This document shows, one piece after another, positions 60,436-64,000 of a DNA stretch of 64,000 nt. The notes beneath the pieces are model-generated. The model was not told the origin of the DNA and searched no databases. It worked only from the letters and a program-made list of their open reading frames with translations. Every line of letters begins with the position of its first letter. The first letter of the stretch is position 1. The DNA comes from Gekko japonicus (Eukaryota). A program made the position numbers and the translations under genes. The stretch is from positions 1 to 64,000 of the forward strand of contig NW_015168111.1 of NCBI RefSeq assembly GCF_001447785.1, in the 5' to 3' direction.

Positions 60436-60940
60436 GTTCTTACCTTTGTTCGGTAGTGTTTAATTCATTGAAGTAAATTAATTTCCTTGATCTTTTGACA
60501 CTTTCCCAGAATGATGTTCGTAGTGATGATGGGATCCAGGCAGGCTGTACATGCTTAGGATGAGCAGAACTATGCAGTATAAGGATGGAGCTCTGTCACT
60601 GAGCCCCTGCCATGAATGCTGGTTTTGAAATACATTACTGATAGCAAGGCCCATTTACTATGAGTAGTCCTCTGTCGTAAATGAAATCAAGTGATGGATC
60701 TAACTCTCAATATAGTTCATTAATACATAAATGTAGGACAATATTTATTATATGATGTGTCTCATTCTGTCATCATCACCTTCATCAACAAGGTGTTCTC
60801 CTTGGGACGGAAAAAAAAGATTATAATGTTTAAAGATAACATTCCTTAGGGATAAGTATAATGGACTTGAAGCTTTCCTGTCTCCTCTGATTCATCAAGA
60901 ACTTGTGGGAAATCCCCTTGGATGTTTCTACTGAAGGGAA
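60436..60940 (-). promoter_or_regulatory. Candidate OR-7 promoter/exon 1
   Basis: Three clustered O/E-like motifs (ttctccttggga ~60796, ttccttaggga ~60842, tccccttgga ~60913), TAATGG ~60859, donor AAG|GTAAGA near 60443. Confidence 0.4.
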
Positions 60941-61261
60941 TTTGAAATATACATGGAATGTAAGTTAAACAAGTTGCCTATTACTGGACTATGGAAAGAA
61001 GAAGCAGTCAACATTGCTCTAAAATTTTATAAGAATGCAAGAGAAGCCCAGCTGCATTAAGCCACCAGTCCACATGGTCCAACACCCTGTAATCCCCCAA
61101 AGCCAACTAGATAGCTCACTGGTAGAGCATTTGCTTGGCATGAAGAAAGCCCAGGTATGTCAATTTACAAGGATCAGTTAGTAGCTGATGTGAGACCCTG
61201 GACAGCCACTGCCAACACTGACTGTGATGAACCAATGGTCTAATTTCAAACAAGTCAACTT

Positions 61262-61545
61262 GAGAGCCAGTTTGGTGTAGTGGTTAAGTGTGTGGACTCT
61301 AATCAGGGAGAACTGGGTATGATTCCCCACTCCTCCACTTGCACCTGCTGGATGACCTTGGGCAAGCCATAGTTCTGATAAGAGCTGTTCTTGAAAAAAG
61401 AGCAGTTTCTGTCAAGAGCTCTCTCAGCCCCACCTACCTCACAGGGTTTCTGTTGTGGGGGGGGAAGGGAAAGGAGTTTGTAAGCCCCTCTGAGACTCCT
61501 TTAGGTAGTGAAGGGTGGGGTATAAATCTATTCCTTCTTCTTCAA
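61262..61545 (+). mobile_element. Squam3-like SINE
   Basis: gagagccagtttggtgtagtggttaag head; (CTT)n tail. Confidence 0.87.
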
Positions 61546-61687
61546 GTGTTCATCTGTTCATAACCCAACAAGCCTTTCTGAAGGTCATAAAGATATAACC
61601 CTTTCCTGCTTTTGCACCCCCCCAAAGGAACTGGCATTCTCTGGAGAGGTGATATAAAAATCTCCTAAATAAATACACATAGGGTGC

Positions 61688-62308
61688 TGTACAGGATTAG
61701 CCCACTCAGGCCAGTCCAGGGATAAGAGGGAATCCTGTACTTTTCAGTACATTAATCAACAAACCACGAGATGGTCTATACCCTCTCTGGTTTCCAGACA
61801 ATTCCCTGCTTTTCCTAAGGGAAAAGATTCCAAACCCTTAGTTGGCATCTGGGACAGAACACATTAGCAACTCGATCCAGAGATGCACACTTTTACCAAG
61901 GTAGCTTAAGTGGTCAGGGTTTAGCTACAAGATTTAGACTTGGAATTCAAGTTATGACATCAGAGACAAATTAGCAATAAGAAGGATCTTTATTCAGTAC
62001 AGAGCTTAGCAACAGACTATCAGAGATTACTGAAAACAAGAAAAACCTATGGCTCTTTGCCTTAACTACAGATTAAAGATACATAGTTACCAATTCAGGA
62101 ACATCCAACAGTCCAGAATAGTCCAAGGGATTTTGAAGGGAAATCCCATCTTTGCACACCCATGTGCTCCAAGTCACCAAGCAGGTCTTTGTGTTCCAAG
62201 AGACTGCATTTCAGGTGCAATAAAACAGACAATGACAAGAGGAGGAAGGGAGAGCTAAGAAAGTCACTCCCATACGGATCAATCAATTATACCCCAATTC
62301 CAGTCACA
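61688..62308 (-). mobile_element. LTR-like element
   Basis: TG...CA bounded block with minus-strand AATAAA (~61990); no TSD found. Confidence 0.35.
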
Positions 62309-64000
62309 AATTAGCTGTGGCCATCAGCCAATTGCGAGTGGGCATGGGTGTGCCCAATTGTTGGTTGCCATGGTTGCTAACATCAGGTTTGTGGGATTGG
62401 CTGAAAGTTTGGAGACCCTGCCTGCAGTCAGCTGACCCAAACTCCAGCTACTGCATTGTGTACGTGACTGGTCGCAAGTGGGCCAGAGTGTGGAGCCATG
62501 AGGTCTGGCTTTTGGCATGAAGGTGTGAAAGAATGTGGGTTTATGGCATGGCTATTGAGGCCATGTGGCCTCACCATTTGGCTTGCAACAGGAAATAAGA
62601 CACAGCACAGGAGAAGGCATGTGGATATAGAAAGCAGAAAGCAATTTTTCTATACAGGTGCTTTCACACTTGCTAAATAATGCAGTTTCAATCACCTTCA
62701 GTGATTATTTGCAACTGGATTTTGGCATTTCACACAGTAAAATCCAGTGGATTGATAGCACATTATTTAGTGTGGATGACAGTACCCATAAGCAGACTAT
62801 CTCTGAACATGGGGGTTCCATCATGGTCAACAGTCATCACTTTCTCCAGTTGCCCATCAAAGCCATTTATGTTAGTGGCCCCGCCTCCTCAGCTGGGTTC
62901 AGAGACTTTGTTAAAAGACCTGGCCTCCTCAACCACTCCTCCAAAGATCAAAGAAGATATTTCTGCTGTAAATGAGACATCCTTTAAGAGGGGGCCCAAG
63001 AGACACAGCTGGCCTCCTTTTGGGGAGTGTCTGAGCACTACAGGTGTATTCCCCCACATGAACGGTGAGAAGACCTGGAGAAGGATGGGAAAGGAAGAGA
63101 AGGGGGAGAGCTCTTGCCAAGCCTCTGCAGAAACAGTAGCCATTTTGGAGTGGTTTTCCCTCCAATGCCCACCCCATCCTGGGGGCACACGATCAATAGC
63201 ATTTGGGTCTGTGGGGGGCACTCTCATCTCCAGGGAGTGGCTACCTCCCACACCCCTGGCTCAAGCCCACCCTGCAAAAGTTGCCACAGGGAAACTTCAA
63301 GGCTGTTGTCAGACCTGGCACTTTGCTGCCTGGCTAAACGGCAGACTTCCAGCAACCATCAAGTGAATCTAGCAATGCACAAGTTGATAGCAGCTTCTGG
63401 GGAAAGCCTCAGACAGTCTCGCTTCATGTGGCCTCACTGAGAAGGCTGCTGCCCACACTGCTTCCCCAAAGCCCCAATGCACCCCTGCTGCAAAGCCAGT
63501 TATCCTAGAGCTGGAGGGGGTGGTCATGAGCAGTGATGGAAGCACTTCCTGGGGGGGGTGGAAACAGTTTTTCTGCTGATGGGAAAAAAAGGAGATGTCC
63601 ATTGTGATGACCCACCCCCCCCAAATGCTATGCCATGGGACGTGCATGATCAAAATTCATGTGGAATGATGGGTTACTAACAATCAAACTAGGTGCTACT
63701 TTTTACATGAGTTCATCAAGGGGACTTGAAGATCCTGAGGGAACTTCTGTACAGACCCAATTCTGATGAGACTGGTTCTTACTTTCTTTCGGGTCTCCTG
63801 TCCCACCCTGTTTTCAGATGCTGAAATGATCCAGGGGCTGCAGGGGGAGGGATTGTCCAGAGGCTGCATATGCGCTGAACACTTGCACCTGCAGCCTCCC
63901 AGTTAGGGTTGTTGTAGCATATTGGCCTCTTTGGCTTGCCATACTTGGTGGTGATGGAGCTCAGCCCTTTAAATAGGTTGTGTTATGTTCAGTCTCAGCT

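Overview
Vertebrate genomic DNA, almost certainly squamate and probably a gecko (inferred from the repeat inventory: Sauria SINE, Squam2/Squam3-type SINEs, BovB/RTE, CR1, L2, Penelope-like). The window is part of a class II olfactory receptor (OR) cluster. It has six intact single-coding-exon OR genes (934-1872 -, 9888-10826 -, 21319-22248 +, 39703-40650 -, 47254-48234 -, 57100-58113 -) and a seventh (32543-33734 +) broken by a 169-bp internal duplication plus 93 bp of filler. That duplication places CAG|GTATGT at both ends of a 262-nt segment, so removing one GT-AG intron would restore a 309-aa receptor the same length as its paralog: a candidate intron gain by tandem duplication. Other notable items: a conserved promoter/non-coding first exon shared by the first two ORs; a TSD-bounded 2.2-kb non-autonomous L1-type element inside an L2; a Helitron with a helicase remnant 5' of the last OR; a solo LTR nested in a PIF/Harbinger MITE; several kb-scale tandem duplications; and a probable haplotype false duplication across the N gap. 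Repeat family names come from recognition by eye, not database searches.
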